Source: Oscillospiraceae bacterium (GTDB lineage: Bacteria; Bacillota; Clostridia; Oscillospirales; Oscillospiraceae). Taken from it: a stretch of DNA of 64,000 nt. Shown in pieces: positions 9,986-21,904 of this stretch. The stretch lies in contig JAVVOA010000001.1 in NCBI GenBank assembly GCA_036656515.1, forward strand, positions 18,243 to 82,242, written 5' to 3'. Below the pieces are notes generated by a model. That model had not been told where the DNA came from, made no database searches, and saw only the letters and a program-made list of their open reading frames with translations. Position 1 is the stretch's first letter, and each line of letters opens with the position of its first letter. A program made the position numbers and the translations under genes.

Positions 9986-10816
9986 ATGAGCCACGCGGAC
10001 AGTCTTTTTATACAAAACTGCACCGAGATTTTGCGGGACGGTGTCTGGGACACCGACCAGACCGTGCGTCCCCGGTGGGAGGATGGCACGCCCGCCCACA
10101 CCATCAAAAAATTCGGCCTCATCAACCGCTATGACCTGCGGGAGGAATTTCCGATTCTCACCCTCCGCCGCAGCTATCTGAAAACCGCCGTGGACGAGCT
10201 GCTGTGGATCTGGCAGAAAAAATCCAACAACATCCACGATTTTTCCGGCAACATCTGGGACGCTTGGGCGGACGAGTCCGGCTCCATCGGCAAGGCCTAT
10301 GGCTATCAGCTGGGGGTGAAGCACCAATACCCGGAGGGGGAGTTCGATCAGGTGGATCGGGTGCTGTATGATTTGCGGCACAACCCCGCCTCCCGCCGGA
10401 TTTTGACCAGCCTGTACAACTTTCAGGATCTGCACGAGATGCATCTCTATCCCTGCGCTTGGTCCATGACCTTCAACGTCAGCGGCAAGGTGCTAAACGC
10501 CATCCTCAACCAGCGCTCCCAAGACATGCTCACCGCCAACAACTGGAATGTGGTGCAATATGCCGTTTTGGTGCATATGCTGGCGCAGGTGTCCGGACTG
10601 GTGGCGGGGGAGCTGGTACACGTCATCGCCGATGCCCACATCTATGACCGACACGTCCCGCTGGTGGAGGAGCTGTTGCAGGGCAGTCCCACCCCCGCGC
10701 CCCGACTGGTGATTGACCCCGCCGTCACGGATTTCTATGGGTTTACCACCGGGAGCTTTACGCTGGAGGGCTATCAGCCCGCGCCGTTCTCCGCCAAGAT
10801 TCCCATCGCGATATAA
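9986..10816 (+). CDS. thyA: Thymidylate synthase
   Basis: ELLWIW, SRRI, LYPCAW, QRSQD, DAHIYDRH. Confidence 0.96.
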   Translation: MSHADSLFIQNCTEILRDGVWDTDQTVRPRWEDGTPAHTIKKFGLINRYDLREEFPILTLRRSYLKTAVDELLWIWQKKSNNIHDFSGNIWDAWADESGSIGKAYGYQLGVKHQYPEGEFDQVDRVLYDLRHNPASRRILTSLYNFQDLHEMHLYPCAWSMTFNVSGKVLNAILNQRSQDMLTANNWNVVQYAVLVHMLAQVSGLVAGELVHVIADAHIYDRHVPLVEELLQGSPTPAPRLVIDPAVTDFYGFTTGSFTLEGYQPAPFSAKIPIAI

Positions 10817-10870
10817 GGAATCTCTGCATAAATCCCGCCATACATGCGATTTGAGAAAAGAGGACAGTCT

Positions 10871-11362
10871 ATGGATGCAATCGTCGCTGTCAGCCAAAAC
10901 TGGGGCATCGGGAAAAACGGACAGCTGCTGTTTTCCCTGCCCACCGATCTGCGGCGCTTCCAAGCGCTGACCACGGGCAGCACCGTGATTTTAGGGTATC
11001 ACACCCTGCTGTCTCTCCCCGGGGGAAAGCCCCTGCCAAAGCGGGAGAGCATCGTCCTCACCACCCAAAATCGGCAGATTTCCGGCGCAACGGTGGTGCA
11101 CTCCATCCACGAGGCGCTGTCTGCCGTCAGCGGACGGGAGACCCCGGTGTTCGTCATCGGCGGGGGCAGTGTCTATGCCGCGCTGCTGCCCTTTTGCGAC
11201 CATGTCTATCTGACCGTGGTGGACGCCGCGCCGGAGGCGGACAGCTTCTTCCCCGACCTCACCGCTCTGCCCCACTGGCAGCTTGTCTCCCAGAGCGAGC
11301 CGCTGTCGGAAAACGGGCTGACCTTCCGCTATGTGGACTATGCAAACACCGCCAAGAAGTAG
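10871..11362 (+). CDS. folA: Dihydrofolate reductase
   Basis: WGIGKNGQLL..LPTDL, KPLPKR, VIGGGSVY, DSFFP; follows thyA. Confidence 0.95.
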   Translation: MDAIVAVSQNWGIGKNGQLLFSLPTDLRRFQALTTGSTVILGYHTLLSLPGGKPLPKRESIVLTTQNRQISGATVVHSIHEALSAVSGRETPVFVIGGGSVYAALLPFCDHVYLTVVDAAPEADSFFPDLTALPHWQLVSQSEPLSENGLTFRYVDYANTAKK

Positions 11363-11382
11363 CGGTGTGAAGTTTACACAGT

Positions 11383-11438
11383 AAAGTTTTTGGCAGGCTT
11401 TTTTCAAAAAGCCGCGTACCCCGGTACCCGGTACCCCG
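11383..11438. repeat. Half copy of MITE/REPIN-like element with GTAC tandem tail
   Basis: AAAGTTTTTGGCAGGCTTTTTTCAAAAAGCCGCGTACCCCGGTACCCGGTACCCC. Confidence 0.85.
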
Positions 11439-11453
11439 TTAGGAGGTGACAGG

Positions 11454-13613
<2,160 letters not shown>

Positions 13614-14167
13614 GGCGGCGTGAATCAGCCGATAGCGCCGGCGAAAGAGCAGCAGCGCCAGCAGGGGGGTGATCAGTGCCGTCAGCGAGCGGAGAAAGGC
13701 CACGTTGGTGGCGGCGGCGGAGTCCAGCGCCAGATTGCTGCCGATGTAGGCAAGTGCCATACAGCCGCCGGCGGGCAGATAGAGGGCGACACCTGTGGTC
13801 TTGATTGCGGCGAAAATCCGCCTGCCAAACACCAGCAGGAAGAAAACCAGCGCCAGCACATAGCGAAACGCCAGCATGGTATAGACGGGCATGGTCTCAT
13901 AGGCCAGCTTGGAGATGGGGTCGCCCAAGCCATAGAGCAGGCTCTGTGCCAGAATCAGCAGGGGAAAGATGCGCAGTCGCTTTTGCGCCGCCGCCGCATC
14001 TTCAATGGTTTCGGCGGGTGCTGTGACAACTCCCTCTTGGGAGATCTCTTCGATTTCCATCGGAACCCTCTTTCTTCGCGCTATTCAATGAGGGGACTAC
14101 TTGCGGTGAAGCAGGAAAGCGTTTGCAAGGCTTTTTTCAAAATGCCCCGTTGCATATCCCGCTCCTG

Positions 14168-14590
14168 CTATTTCCAGCGGCGCTCCGCCTCGCAATAGGC
14201 ACAGCGATAGCTGCGCTTCTCTCGATCGGCCAGGAGAAACACGGCGGGCAACTGCTCCTCAGAGGTGGTGATGCAGCGGGGATTTTTGCAGTGGATGATA
14301 TTTTCCAGACGCTCCGGCAGGGCGGGATGCTCTTTCTTGACCAGATGCCCGTCGGTGATGATGTCCACCGTGATGCCCGGGTCGATGTAGCCCAGCACGT
14401 CTAAATTCAGGGCGATGGGGGAGTCCACCTTGATGATGTCCTTCTTCCCCATCTTATTGCTCTTGACATTTTTGATGATGGCGACGGAGCAATCCAGCTC
14501 GTCCAGCTGTAAATAGCGATAGATGTCCATGCTGGCGCCCGCCTTGATGTGGTCGAGGACGATGCCGTTCTGTATGCTGTCAATTTTCAT
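14168..14590 (-). CDS. pyrI: Aspartate carbamoyltransferase regulatory subunit
   Basis: [27 protein letters not shown] zinc motifs. Confidence 0.95.
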   Translation of the reverse strand: MKIDSIQNGIVLDHIKAGASMDIYRYLQLDELDCSVAIIKNVKSNKMGKKDIIKVDSPIALNLDVLGYIDPGITVDIITDGHLVKKEHPALPERLENIIHCKNPRCITTSEEQLPAVFLLADREKRSYRCAYCEAERRWK

Positions 14591-15504
14591 GCCTGCACCT
14601 CCAATAGCTTTAAAATCAGCGCCATGCGGATGAATTTTCCATTGGCCACCTGCTGGAAATAGCGGGCGCGGGGATCGTCGTCCACGGCGGTGGTGATTTC
14701 CGTCACCCGGGGCAGGGGATGCATGATGCAGAGGCTGTCCTTTGCCCGGGTCAGCTTCTCCGGATCCAGCACATAGGTGTCCTTCAAGCGGATGTAATCC
14801 GCCTCGTTGAAAAAGCGCTCCTTCTGCACCCGGGTCATGTACAGGAAGTCCAGCTTGGGCATGGCATCCTCCAAGCTCTCCAGCTCCTCATAGGGCAGGT
14901 GCTTTGCCTCCAGCGTGCCCTCCTTGAGATAGGTGGGCAGCTTCAATTCCTCTGGAGAGATGAAGACAAACCGGATGCCCGTGTACCGGGACAGGGCGTT
15001 GACCAGCGAGTGGACGGTGCGTCCGAATTTCAAATCGCCGCAAAAGCCGATGGTAAAATTATTGAGACTGCCTGTCTCCCGGTGGATGGTCAGCAGGTCG
15101 GTGAGGGTCTGGGTGGGGTGGTTGTGTCCACCGTCGCCTGCGTTGATAATGGGCACGGCGGATCTCTGCGCCGCGGCATAGGGCGCGCCCTCCTTGGGAT
15201 GGCGCATGGCGATGATGTCGGCATAGCAGGCCACGGTGCGAATGGTGTCTGTGACCGTCTCGCCCTTGGCGGTGGAGCTGGACGAGGCGGAGGAAAAGCC
15301 CAGAATGCTGCCGCCCAAATCCAGCATCGCCGCCTCGAAGGACAGGCGGGTGCGGGTGGAGGGCTCGAAAAACAGGGTGGCGAGCTTTTTGTGATGGCAT
15401 TTTTCGGCATAGCTGTCCGGGTGGCGGATGATGTCCTCCGCTGTGTCAATCAGCCCGTCGATCTCCTCCACGGATAGGTCGGTGATATCAATTAAATGTC
15501 TCAT
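14587..15504 (-). CDS. pyrB: Aspartate carbamoyltransferase catalytic subunit
   Basis: [28 protein letters not shown]. Confidence 0.97.
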   Translation of the reverse strand: MRHLIDITDLSVEEIDGLIDTAEDIIRHPDSYAEKCHHKKLATLFFEPSTRTRLSFEAAMLDLGGSILGFSSASSSSTAKGETVTDTIRTVACYADIIAMRHPKEGAPYAAAQRSAVPIINAGDGGHNHPTQTLTDLLTIHRETGSLNNFTIGFCGDLKFGRTVHSLVNALSRYTGIRFVFISPEELKLPTYLKEGTLEAKHLPYEELESLEDAMPKLDFLYMTRVQKERFFNEADYIRLKDTYVLDPEKLTRAKDSLCIMHPLPRVTEITTAVDDDPRARYFQQVANGKFIRMALILKLLEVQA

Positions 15505-15622
15505 GCATGATTCCTTTCCCTTGTAGTTTCAGCGGTTTTGTATAACCGCGCTCTGTCGCCGGGCGGCAGTGCGTTTTGCGGCAGGCTGTCACCCCATGGA
15601 CGGTGGTCGCGCCGCTCTTTTT

Positions 15623-16264
15623 TCAAAGAGCGGGGGTGTCCCGCCAGCTCTCGTCAGAGGGATTGGCGCGGAAGCGCTTCAAACGGTCGATGTCCGCCGG
15701 CTGGATGCGCCCCTCGGCGGCGGCGACAGCACAGACCGCGTCGAAATTGGACAGGCTGACGTTTTCCACGCCTGCCGCCGCCAGACGGTCGATGCCCTTC
15801 TGCAAGCCATAGGTGAAGATGGAGACGATGCCCAGCACGTCGGCACCCGCCTCCCGGAGAACCTCCACCACCTCGATGCAGCTGCCGGCGGTGGAGATCA
15901 AATCCTCGACGACCACCACCTTCTGACCGGGCTCCAACCGTCCCTCGATCTGATTGCCCCGCCCGTGATCCTTGTGTCCCGAGCGGACATAGCCCATGGG
16001 AAGCCCCAGCAGGTGCCCGCAGATGGCGGCGTGGGCGATGCCGGCGGTGGAGGTGCCCATCAGCAGCTCGCAGTCGGGATAGTGCTGTTGAATCAGTTGA
16101 CATAATCCAGACTCCACCTCTGTCCGCACAGCGGGGGCGGTGAGAATCAGTCGATTGTCGCAATAGATGGGGCTGTGGATGCCGGAGGCCCAAGTGAAGG
16201 GATCGTCTGGTCGTAAAAACACCGCGCCGATGGACAGCAGTGCCTTTGCAATGCTTTTTTCCAT
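15623..16264 (-). CDS. pyrE: Orotate phosphoribosyltransferase
   Basis: FTWASGIHSPIYCDNR, VVEDLISTAGS. Confidence 0.96.
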   Translation of the reverse strand: MEKSIAKALLSIGAVFLRPDDPFTWASGIHSPIYCDNRLILTAPAVRTEVESGLCQLIQQHYPDCELLMGTSTAGIAHAAICGHLLGLPMGYVRSGHKDHGRGNQIEGRLEPGQKVVVVEDLISTAGSCIEVVEVLREAGADVLGIVSIFTYGLQKGIDRLAAAGVENVSLSNFDAVCAVAAAEGRIQPADIDRLKRFRANPSDESWRDTPAL

Positions 16265-16330
16265 GTTTTTCTCCTGCTTTCTATTTCAAGTTTTTGTAAA
16301 GTTTTTTCAGAGAGTTGGCGTGCTTCTGCC

Positions 16331-17029
16331 CTAGCTCATAAACTCCAGCAGTGCCCGGCGGTAGGCCGCCACGGGATCCCCCGCCTGGGTGATGGGTCTG
16401 CCCATCACCAGAAAATCGCAGCCCGCGCCGCCGGCGGAGGCAGGTGTCATGATCCGCTTCTGATCCCCCGCCGCACCGTCGGCAAACCGGATGCCGGGTG
16501 TGACGGTGCAGAAATCCGCGCCGCAGAACTCCTTGACCCGCTGTGCCTCCAACGGGGAGCAGACCACGCCGTCCAGCCCTGCATCGGCGGCGTTTTTGGC
16601 ATAGCGCAGGACGGTGTCCTCCATGGGCACGTCGATCAAAAGCTCGTTTTTCAGTGCCGCACTGTCGGTGGAAGTCAGCTGGGTCACGGCGATGAGCAGC
16701 GGACGGGTGCCGTCGGGACGGGTCAGTCCCTGCAATGCCGCACGCATCATCTCTGCCGTGCCGGCGGCGTGGAGATTGACCATGTCCACATCCAGCCGGG
16801 ACAGAACGCCCATGGCGCGCCCCACCGTGTTGGGGATGTCGTGGAGCTTCAAATCCAAAAAGATTTTGTGCCCCCGCCGACGAATTTCCCGGACAATGTC
16901 CGGCCCCTCGGCATAGAACAGCTCCATGCCGATTTTTACAAAGGGCTTTTCGCCGGAAAACTTGTCCAAAAAGGAGAGCGTCTCCTCTCTCGTGGGGAAA
17001 TCCAGTGCAATGATCACGTCTTTATGCAT
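16331..17029 (-). CDS. pyrF: OMP decarboxylase
   Basis: IALD, DLKLHDIPNT, TPGIR, GRPI. Confidence 0.97.
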   Translation of the reverse strand: MHKDVIIALDFPTREETLSFLDKFSGEKPFVKIGMELFYAEGPDIVREIRRRGHKIFLDLKLHDIPNTVGRAMGVLSRLDVDMVNLHAAGTAEMMRAALQGLTRPDGTRPLLIAVTQLTSTDSAALKNELLIDVPMEDTVLRYAKNAADAGLDGVVCSPLEAQRVKEFCGADFCTVTPGIRFADGAAGDQKRIMTPASAGGAGCDFLVMGRPITQAGDPVAAYRRALLEFMS

Positions 17030-17939
17030 GATGTGCGCCTCCTGTCAGTTGACATAATTCTGTAACGCCCAGCGACTCGCACAGCCCGGGCAGTGCTGCG
17101 AGAATCTCTGGACAGATGGTGGGATTCCTGAGATTTGCCGCGCCGATCTCCACCGCCGTGGCACCCGCCAGCATCAGCTCGACCACATCCTCGGCGCAGG
17201 ACACACCGCCCATGCCGATAATGGGCAGCCGCACCGCCTCGTATACCTCGTACACCATGCGGACGGCGATGGGCAGCAGGGCGGGGCCGGACAGTCCGCC
17301 GGTGCCGTTGGCAAGAAGGGGGCGGCGGCGACGGCAGTCGATCCGCATCCCCAGCAGGGTGTTGATCAGGGAGATGCCGTCCGCGCCCGCGTCCTCGCAG
17401 GCCTTGGCAATTGCGGCGATGTCGCCCACGTTGGGGGACAGCTTCATAAAAATCGGCTTGGTGGTGACGGCCTTCACCGCCCGGGTGACCGCCGCCGCGC
17501 TCTGGGGGTCAGAGCCGAAGTTTTTGCCGCCGCAGTGGACGTTGGGGCAGCTGATGTTGACCTCGATCCAGCCCACTTGGGGACAGCTGTCGATTTTGCG
17601 GCAGTTTTCCACATATTCCTCCAAGGTGTTGCCGCCGATGTTGGCCAGGACGGGCTTGTGGAAAATCCGGGCAATGTTTGGCAGCTCGGTGGCAATCACC
17701 GCGTCGATGCCGGGATTTTGCAGTCCCACGGCGTTGAGCATCCCACCGGGGGTCTCTGCGATCCGGGGCAGGGGATTGCCAAACCGGGGTGCGGCGGTGG
17801 TGCCCTTTAGCACAAAGCTGCCCAAAATATCCAGATCGTACAGCTCTGCGAACTCCCGCCCATAGCCAAAGGTGCCGGAGGCGGGGATGATGGGGTTGTC
17901 CAGCCGAATGCCAGCCAAATGCACCGATAAATCTACCAT
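17022..17939 (-). CDS. pyrD: Dihydroorotate dehydrogenase (class 1B catalytic subunit)
   Basis: ASGTFG, NAVGLQNPG, NISCPN, KLSPN, GGLSG. Confidence 0.95.
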   Translation of the reverse strand: MVDLSVHLAGIRLDNPIIPASGTFGYGREFAELYDLDILGSFVLKGTTAAPRFGNPLPRIAETPGGMLNAVGLQNPGIDAVIATELPNIARIFHKPVLANIGGNTLEEYVENCRKIDSCPQVGWIEVNISCPNVHCGGKNFGSDPQSAAAVTRAVKAVTTKPIFMKLSPNVGDIAAIAKACEDAGADGISLINTLLGMRIDCRRRRPLLANGTGGLSGPALLPIAVRMVYEVYEAVRLPIIGMGGVSCAEDVVELMLAGATAVEIGAANLRNPTICPEILAALPGLCESLGVTELCQLTGGAHHA

Positions 17940-18658
17940 ACCAGCTCCTCCATATCCAGCACAGGGCCATCCTTACAGATCCGCTTGCTGCCGGTTTTCG
18001 TCTGGCAGGAGCAGCCCATGCACGCGCCGAAGCCACAGCCCATCCGCGCCTCTAAGCTAAACTGTCCCCCCGTCAGTGCGCCGGATTGCGCCACCGCCCG
18101 GAGCATGGCCTCCGGCCCGCAGCAGAAGCCGTAGCTGCCCTCGATGTGGGGCAGCAGCTCTGTCACAAAGCCGGGAAGCCCCAGAGAGCCGTCCACCGTG
18201 GAGAGGAAGACGGAACAGCCCAAATCGGTAAATTCCTTGCTATACAGGGCATCGTCCTTGGTGTTAAAGCCCAGCGCCACCGCCGGCGGCACTGCCATCC
18301 GCTTGGCAAGGCCATAGAGGGGTGCCGCGCCGATGCCGCCGCCGATGCACAGGGGTGTACCCACGGCACGGGCGGGGTCGAAGCCGTTGCCCAGTCCCAC
18401 CAGCGTGTCGAAATCGGTGCCCAGAGGACTGTTGCAGAGCTGGGCTGTCCCGTCGCCCACCACCCGCACCAGCAGAGTGAGACTGCCATCGTCCCAGTCG
18501 CAGATGGAGATGGGGCGGCGCAAAAACGAGCCTTCCAGCTGAAGATTGACAAACTGTCCCGGCGCGGTGACGGCGGAGGTGTCGCCCACCAGAATCAGCT
18601 CCCAGACATCATAGGTCAGCTGTCTGCGTCCGGCAAGAGTGAGTGTGGTTTGATTCAT
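17933..18658 (-). CDS. pyrK: Dihydroorotate dehydrogenase electron-transfer subunit
   Basis: RRPISI, GGGIG, CGP, MGCGFGACMGC...CKDGPV. Confidence 0.93.
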   Translation of the reverse strand: MNQTTLTLAGRRQLTYDVWELILVGDTSAVTAPGQFVNLQLEGSFLRRPISICDWDDGSLTLLVRVVGDGTAQLCNSPLGTDFDTLVGLGNGFDPARAVGTPLCIGGGIGAAPLYGLAKRMAVPPAVALGFNTKDDALYSKEFTDLGCSVFLSTVDGSLGLPGFVTELLPHIEGSYGFCCGPEAMLRAVAQSGALTGGQFSLEARMGCGFGACMGCSCQTKTGSKRICKDGPVLDMEELVW

Positions 18659-19923
18659 AGCTGCTCCTTTCCGGGATAGACCTGCTTGCCGCCACAGATG
18701 GTTTGCTCCACCGCCGCCGAGACGGTGCAGCCTGCAAAGGGGGTGGCGCGCCCTTGGGAGAGAAAGCGGTCGGGGTCGATGGTGTGGGGGGCATGGAGGT
18801 TCAGCACGGTGAAATCGGCGGGCTGTCCCTCCTCTAAGCTGCCGCCCGGCAGACGGAAGATGCGGCGGGGTGCCAGTGCCATCTTGTCCACCAAAACCGG
18901 CAGAGAGAGGATGCCACCCTCCACCAGCGTGGTATACAGCACAGAAAATGCGGTTTCCAGCCCCACAATGCCCATGGCACTGTCCCGCAAGCCCTTTGCC
19001 TTTTCGGCGGCGGTGTGGGGGGCATGGTCGGTGGCGATCACGTCGATGGTGCCGTCCTGCAAGCCCTCTCGCAGGGCGTCCCGATCGGCGCAAGAGCGGA
19101 GGGGGGGATTCATCTTAAACCGCCCCTCGTCCCGCAAATCGTCCTCGCACAGCGCCAGATAGTGGGGTGCAGTCTCGCAGGTGACGGGCAGACCCCGCTG
19201 CTTTGCCGCCCGGATCAAGGCGACGGATTCCTTGGTGGAGATGTGGCAGACGTGATAGCGACAGCCGATTTCCGCCACCAGCTGTAAATCCCGCTCAATC
19301 TGCCGCCATTCGCTGGCAGAGGAGATGCCCACAAAGCCGTGCTCCTCCGCCCAGCGCCCCTCGTGGATGCAGCCGCCGTGGAGGAGAGAATTGTCCTCGC
19401 AGTGGGCGACAATGGGCTTGTCCAGCCGCTTTGCCTCGCCCATGGCCTCTGCCATCCGGGCAGCGGACTGCACGCCCCGCCCATCGTCGGAAAAGCCCAC
19501 CACATAGGGCGACAGCGCCGCCATATCGGACAGCGCCTCCCCCCCCTCGCCCCGGGTGATGGCACCATAGGGGTGGACGGCAATCACCGCGTCCCGGTCG
19601 ATTGTCTCCAATTGAGGGCGCAAATGTTCCATGGAGTCCGGCACGGGGTTGAGATTGGGCATGGAGCAGACCGCTGTATAGCCCCCGGCGGCGGCTGCTG
19701 CTGTGCCCGTGGCGATGGTCTCCTTTGTAGAAAAACCGGGCTCACGGAGATGCACATGCACATCCACGAAGCCCGGTACAATCATACAATCTTTGCATGA
19801 AACGGTTTGAAAACCCGCAGAAAGGCGGGAAACGGAAACAATACGGCCACCCTCAATCGCAAGCTCCCTGCGAGAAAAGCCGCCGTCTGCAAATACCTCT
19901 GCGCCGGTGAACAAATAGCCCAT
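18655..19923 (-). CDS. pyrC: Dihydroorotase
   Basis: DVHVHLREPG, MPN, KMNPPLR, ATDHAPH. Confidence 0.95.
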   Translation of the reverse strand: MGYLFTGAEVFADGGFSRRELAIEGGRIVSVSRLSAGFQTVSCKDCMIVPGFVDVHVHLREPGFSTKETIATGTAAAAAGGYTAVCSMPNLNPVPDSMEHLRPQLETIDRDAVIAVHPYGAITRGEGGEALSDMAALSPYVVGFSDDGRGVQSAARMAEAMGEAKRLDKPIVAHCEDNSLLHGGCIHEGRWAEEHGFVGISSASEWRQIERDLQLVAEIGCRYHVCHISTKESVALIRAAKQRGLPVTCETAPHYLALCEDDLRDEGRFKMNPPLRSCADRDALREGLQDGTIDVIATDHAPHTAAEKAKGLRDSAMGIVGLETAFSVLYTTLVEGGILSLPVLVDKMALAPRRIFRLPGGSLEEGQPADFTVLNLHAPHTIDPDRFLSQGRATPFAGCTVSAAVEQTICGGKQVYPGKEQL

Positions 19924-19993
19924 AGTCCCATCCTTTCGCCGTTTGAAAAAAATTCCGCGTCCATCGCGGGACAAGCCGCGATTCGCTTCAAAT

Positions 19994-20022
19994 ATTCTAA
20001 CGGAAACCGGCGCGGTTGTCAA
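19994..20022 (-). promoter_or_regulatory. Sigma-A promoter of the pyr operon
   Basis: TTGACA-N17-TAGAAT. Confidence 0.75.
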
Positions 20023-20085
20023 CGCATTTTCCGCCGATTTGCAGGGGGGGCGCAATGAAATATTTGGCACTTTCTTGAAACTGTC

Positions 20086-20730
20086 CTAGGGCAGAGGATA
20101 GGGCGGTCGATTGGTCAGGTGGGCGGCATAGCGGCGGGACACCTTGCCCCAGTCGATTTTCAGATACCAGTTGTCAAAATACTCCCCCCGCCGATTTTGA
20201 TACCGCAGATAGTGGGCGTGCTCCCAGACATCCACGACCAGAAGAGGCAGCAGGGGCAGCGCCGTGTCCTGATTGCCGGTTTTGATCAGGGACAGTCTGC
20301 CTGCCCCATCGGCGGCAAGGGTGACCCAGCCGGAGCCGAAGACCGACAGCGCCGCCGTCCGCAGGGCACTGCGCAGGGCGGCCTCCGAGCCAAAGGCGGC
20401 GGCAATGGCACCGGACAGCGGCGGCTGGGGACTGCTTTTGCCAGCGGGGGAGAGACTGTCGAAGTACAGGCTGTGGTGATAGACTCCGCCGGCGTTTTCC
20501 CGGACAGTTTGCCGTATGGTGTCGGGCAGCGCCGCCCAGCCCAGCAGCAGTGCCTCCAGCGACAGCTGCCAATAGGCGGGATAGGGTGCCAAGGCGCGAT
20601 TGAGTTGCTCCACATAGGCGGCAAAATGCCGGTCGTGGTGCAGTGCCATCGTGGCAGCGTCCAGTTGGGGCTCTAAGCTGTCATAGGGATAGGGGAGCGG
20701 GGGCAAAACAAAGGGATAGTGTTCGTTCAT
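20086..20730 (-). CDS. sod: Fe/Mn superoxide dismutase
   Basis: LPPLPYPYDSLEP, HHDRH, FGSGW, NQD, DVWEHAHY. Confidence 0.92.
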   Translation of the reverse strand: MNEHYPFVLPPLPYPYDSLEPQLDAATMALHHDRHFAAYVEQLNRALAPYPAYWQLSLEALLLGWAALPDTIRQTVRENAGGVYHHSLYFDSLSPAGKSSPQPPLSGAIAAAFGSEAALRSALRTAALSVFGSGWVTLAADGAGRLSLIKTGNQDTALPLLPLLVVDVWEHAHYLRYQNRRGEYFDNWYLKIDWGKVSRRYAAHLTNRPPYPLP

Positions 20731-20912
20731 GGTGGCCTCCTTTCCTGGGGAGCGTCTGGTGTCAGTCTATGCGGCGAGACCTAGGGCAATGCCGCACTTA
20801 GAATTGTACGGATTGCCCTATAAAAATGACAGGGGTAAAAAGCAAAAGTTGCCCTTGCATTTTTTGAATTTCATGTTACAATGAATGTACCAATTTTAAT
20901 GGAGGTGCTCTC

Positions 20913-21086
20913 ATGGCTTATAAGATTACTTCTGCTTGCGTAAGCTGCGGTGCTTGCGCAGACGCCTGCCCCGCCGGTGCAATCAGCCAGGGTGACGATT
21001 CCTATGTCATCAATGCTGACAGCTGCTTGGACTGCGGTTCTTGCTGCGACGCTTGCCCCAACGGCGCGATTGTTCCCGCTGAATAA
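20913..21086 (+). CDS. fdx: 2[4Fe-4S] ferredoxin (57 aa)
   Basis: Not in ORF track. MAYKITSACVSCGACADACPAGAISQGDDSYVINADSCLDCGSCCDACPNGAIVPAE; GGAGGTG RBS. Confidence 0.95.
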   Translation: MAYKITSACVSCGACADACPAGAISQGDDSYVINADSCLDCGSCCDACPNGAIVPAE

Positions 21087-21107
21087 AGCATTCACAGAAC
21101 AATACAT

Positions 21108-21152
21108 AAATACACCGCAAGCGAAACTGCTTGCGGTGTATTTTGCGTTTTT
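21108..21152 (+). terminator. Ferredoxin terminator
   Basis: AAATACACCGCAAGC-GAAACT-GCTTGCGGTGTATTT followed by T-rich sequence. Confidence 0.8.
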
Positions 21153-21169
21153 TGAAAAGAGGAGGGGCG

Positions 21170-21904
21170 ATGAGACAGGATGCACTGTGGGCGGGCGGCC
21201 CCGTCTTCTATTTTGACGAGACGGCCTTTCCCCCCACCATGGATACGTTTTTGCTGGGGGACTTTTCCCGGGGAAAGCGGGGGGAGCGGGTCTGCGACTT
21301 GGGCGCGGGCACGGGCTTGCTGGGACTGTTGCTGCTGGCGCGGGAGCCATCCCTCCACGTCACCGGCGTGGAACTGAATCCCGCCGCCGTCCCACTGGCA
21401 GAGGAGACCATCCGGGCAAACGGGCTGTCTGACCGCATGACCCTGCTCACTGCCGATCTGCGGCAGTTGGACGGTGTCCTGCCCGCCGGAACCTTTGACC
21501 GGGTGGTGTGCAATCCCCCCTATTTTCAGGCGGGCAGCGGCGCCGCACCGTCGTCAGGTGACCGCCGTCTTGCCCGGGAGGATGCCGCCGCCACCATAGA
21601 CGAGGTCTCGCATGCCGCGGGACGGCTGCTTCGCTTCGGGGGACGGCTGGAGGTGGTCTTTCGCCCGGAGCGGCTCTGCGATCTGCTCTGCGCCCTGCGG
21701 ACTGCCGCTGTGGAGCCCAAGCGCCTGCGCTTTGTCCAGCAGAGGGCGGATACACCGCCGCTTCTCCTGCTGTTGGAGGGACGGCGGGGCGGCAGGCCGG
21801 GGCTGTCTGTAGAGGCACCCCTGCTGCTGGAAAATTTGGACGGCACACCGTCGTCCGCGCTGGATGCCATTTATTTTAGAGATCGGGAGGACGCTGCCCT
21901 ATGA
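21170..21904 (+). CDS. tRNA1(Val) A37 N6-methyltransferase-like (YabB family)
   Basis: DLGAGTG SAM motif, NPPYF, EPKRLRFV; upstream of rsmI. Confidence 0.88.
   Translation: MRQDALWAGGPVFYFDETAFPPTMDTFLLGDFSRGKRGERVCDLGAGTGLLGLLLLAREPSLHVTGVELNPAAVPLAEETIRANGLSDRMTLLTADLRQLDGVLPAGTFDRVVCNPPYFQAGSGAAPSSGDRRLAREDAAATIDEVSHAAGRLLRFGGRLEVVFRPERLCDLLCALRTAAVEPKRLRFVQQRADTPPLLLLLEGRRGGRPGLSVEAPLLLENLDGTPSSALDAIYFRDREDAAL

Noticed and set aside
11396-11413. GGCTTTTT..AAAAAGCC hairpins as ordinary intrinsic terminators
   Set aside because: T-runs form the stem rather than a tail; copies share conserved flanks and also occur at gene 5' ends
20205-20235. SOD motif HAHY instead of HAYY as a sign of inactivity
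   Set aside because: All metal ligands, the active-site Tyr and NQD are retained
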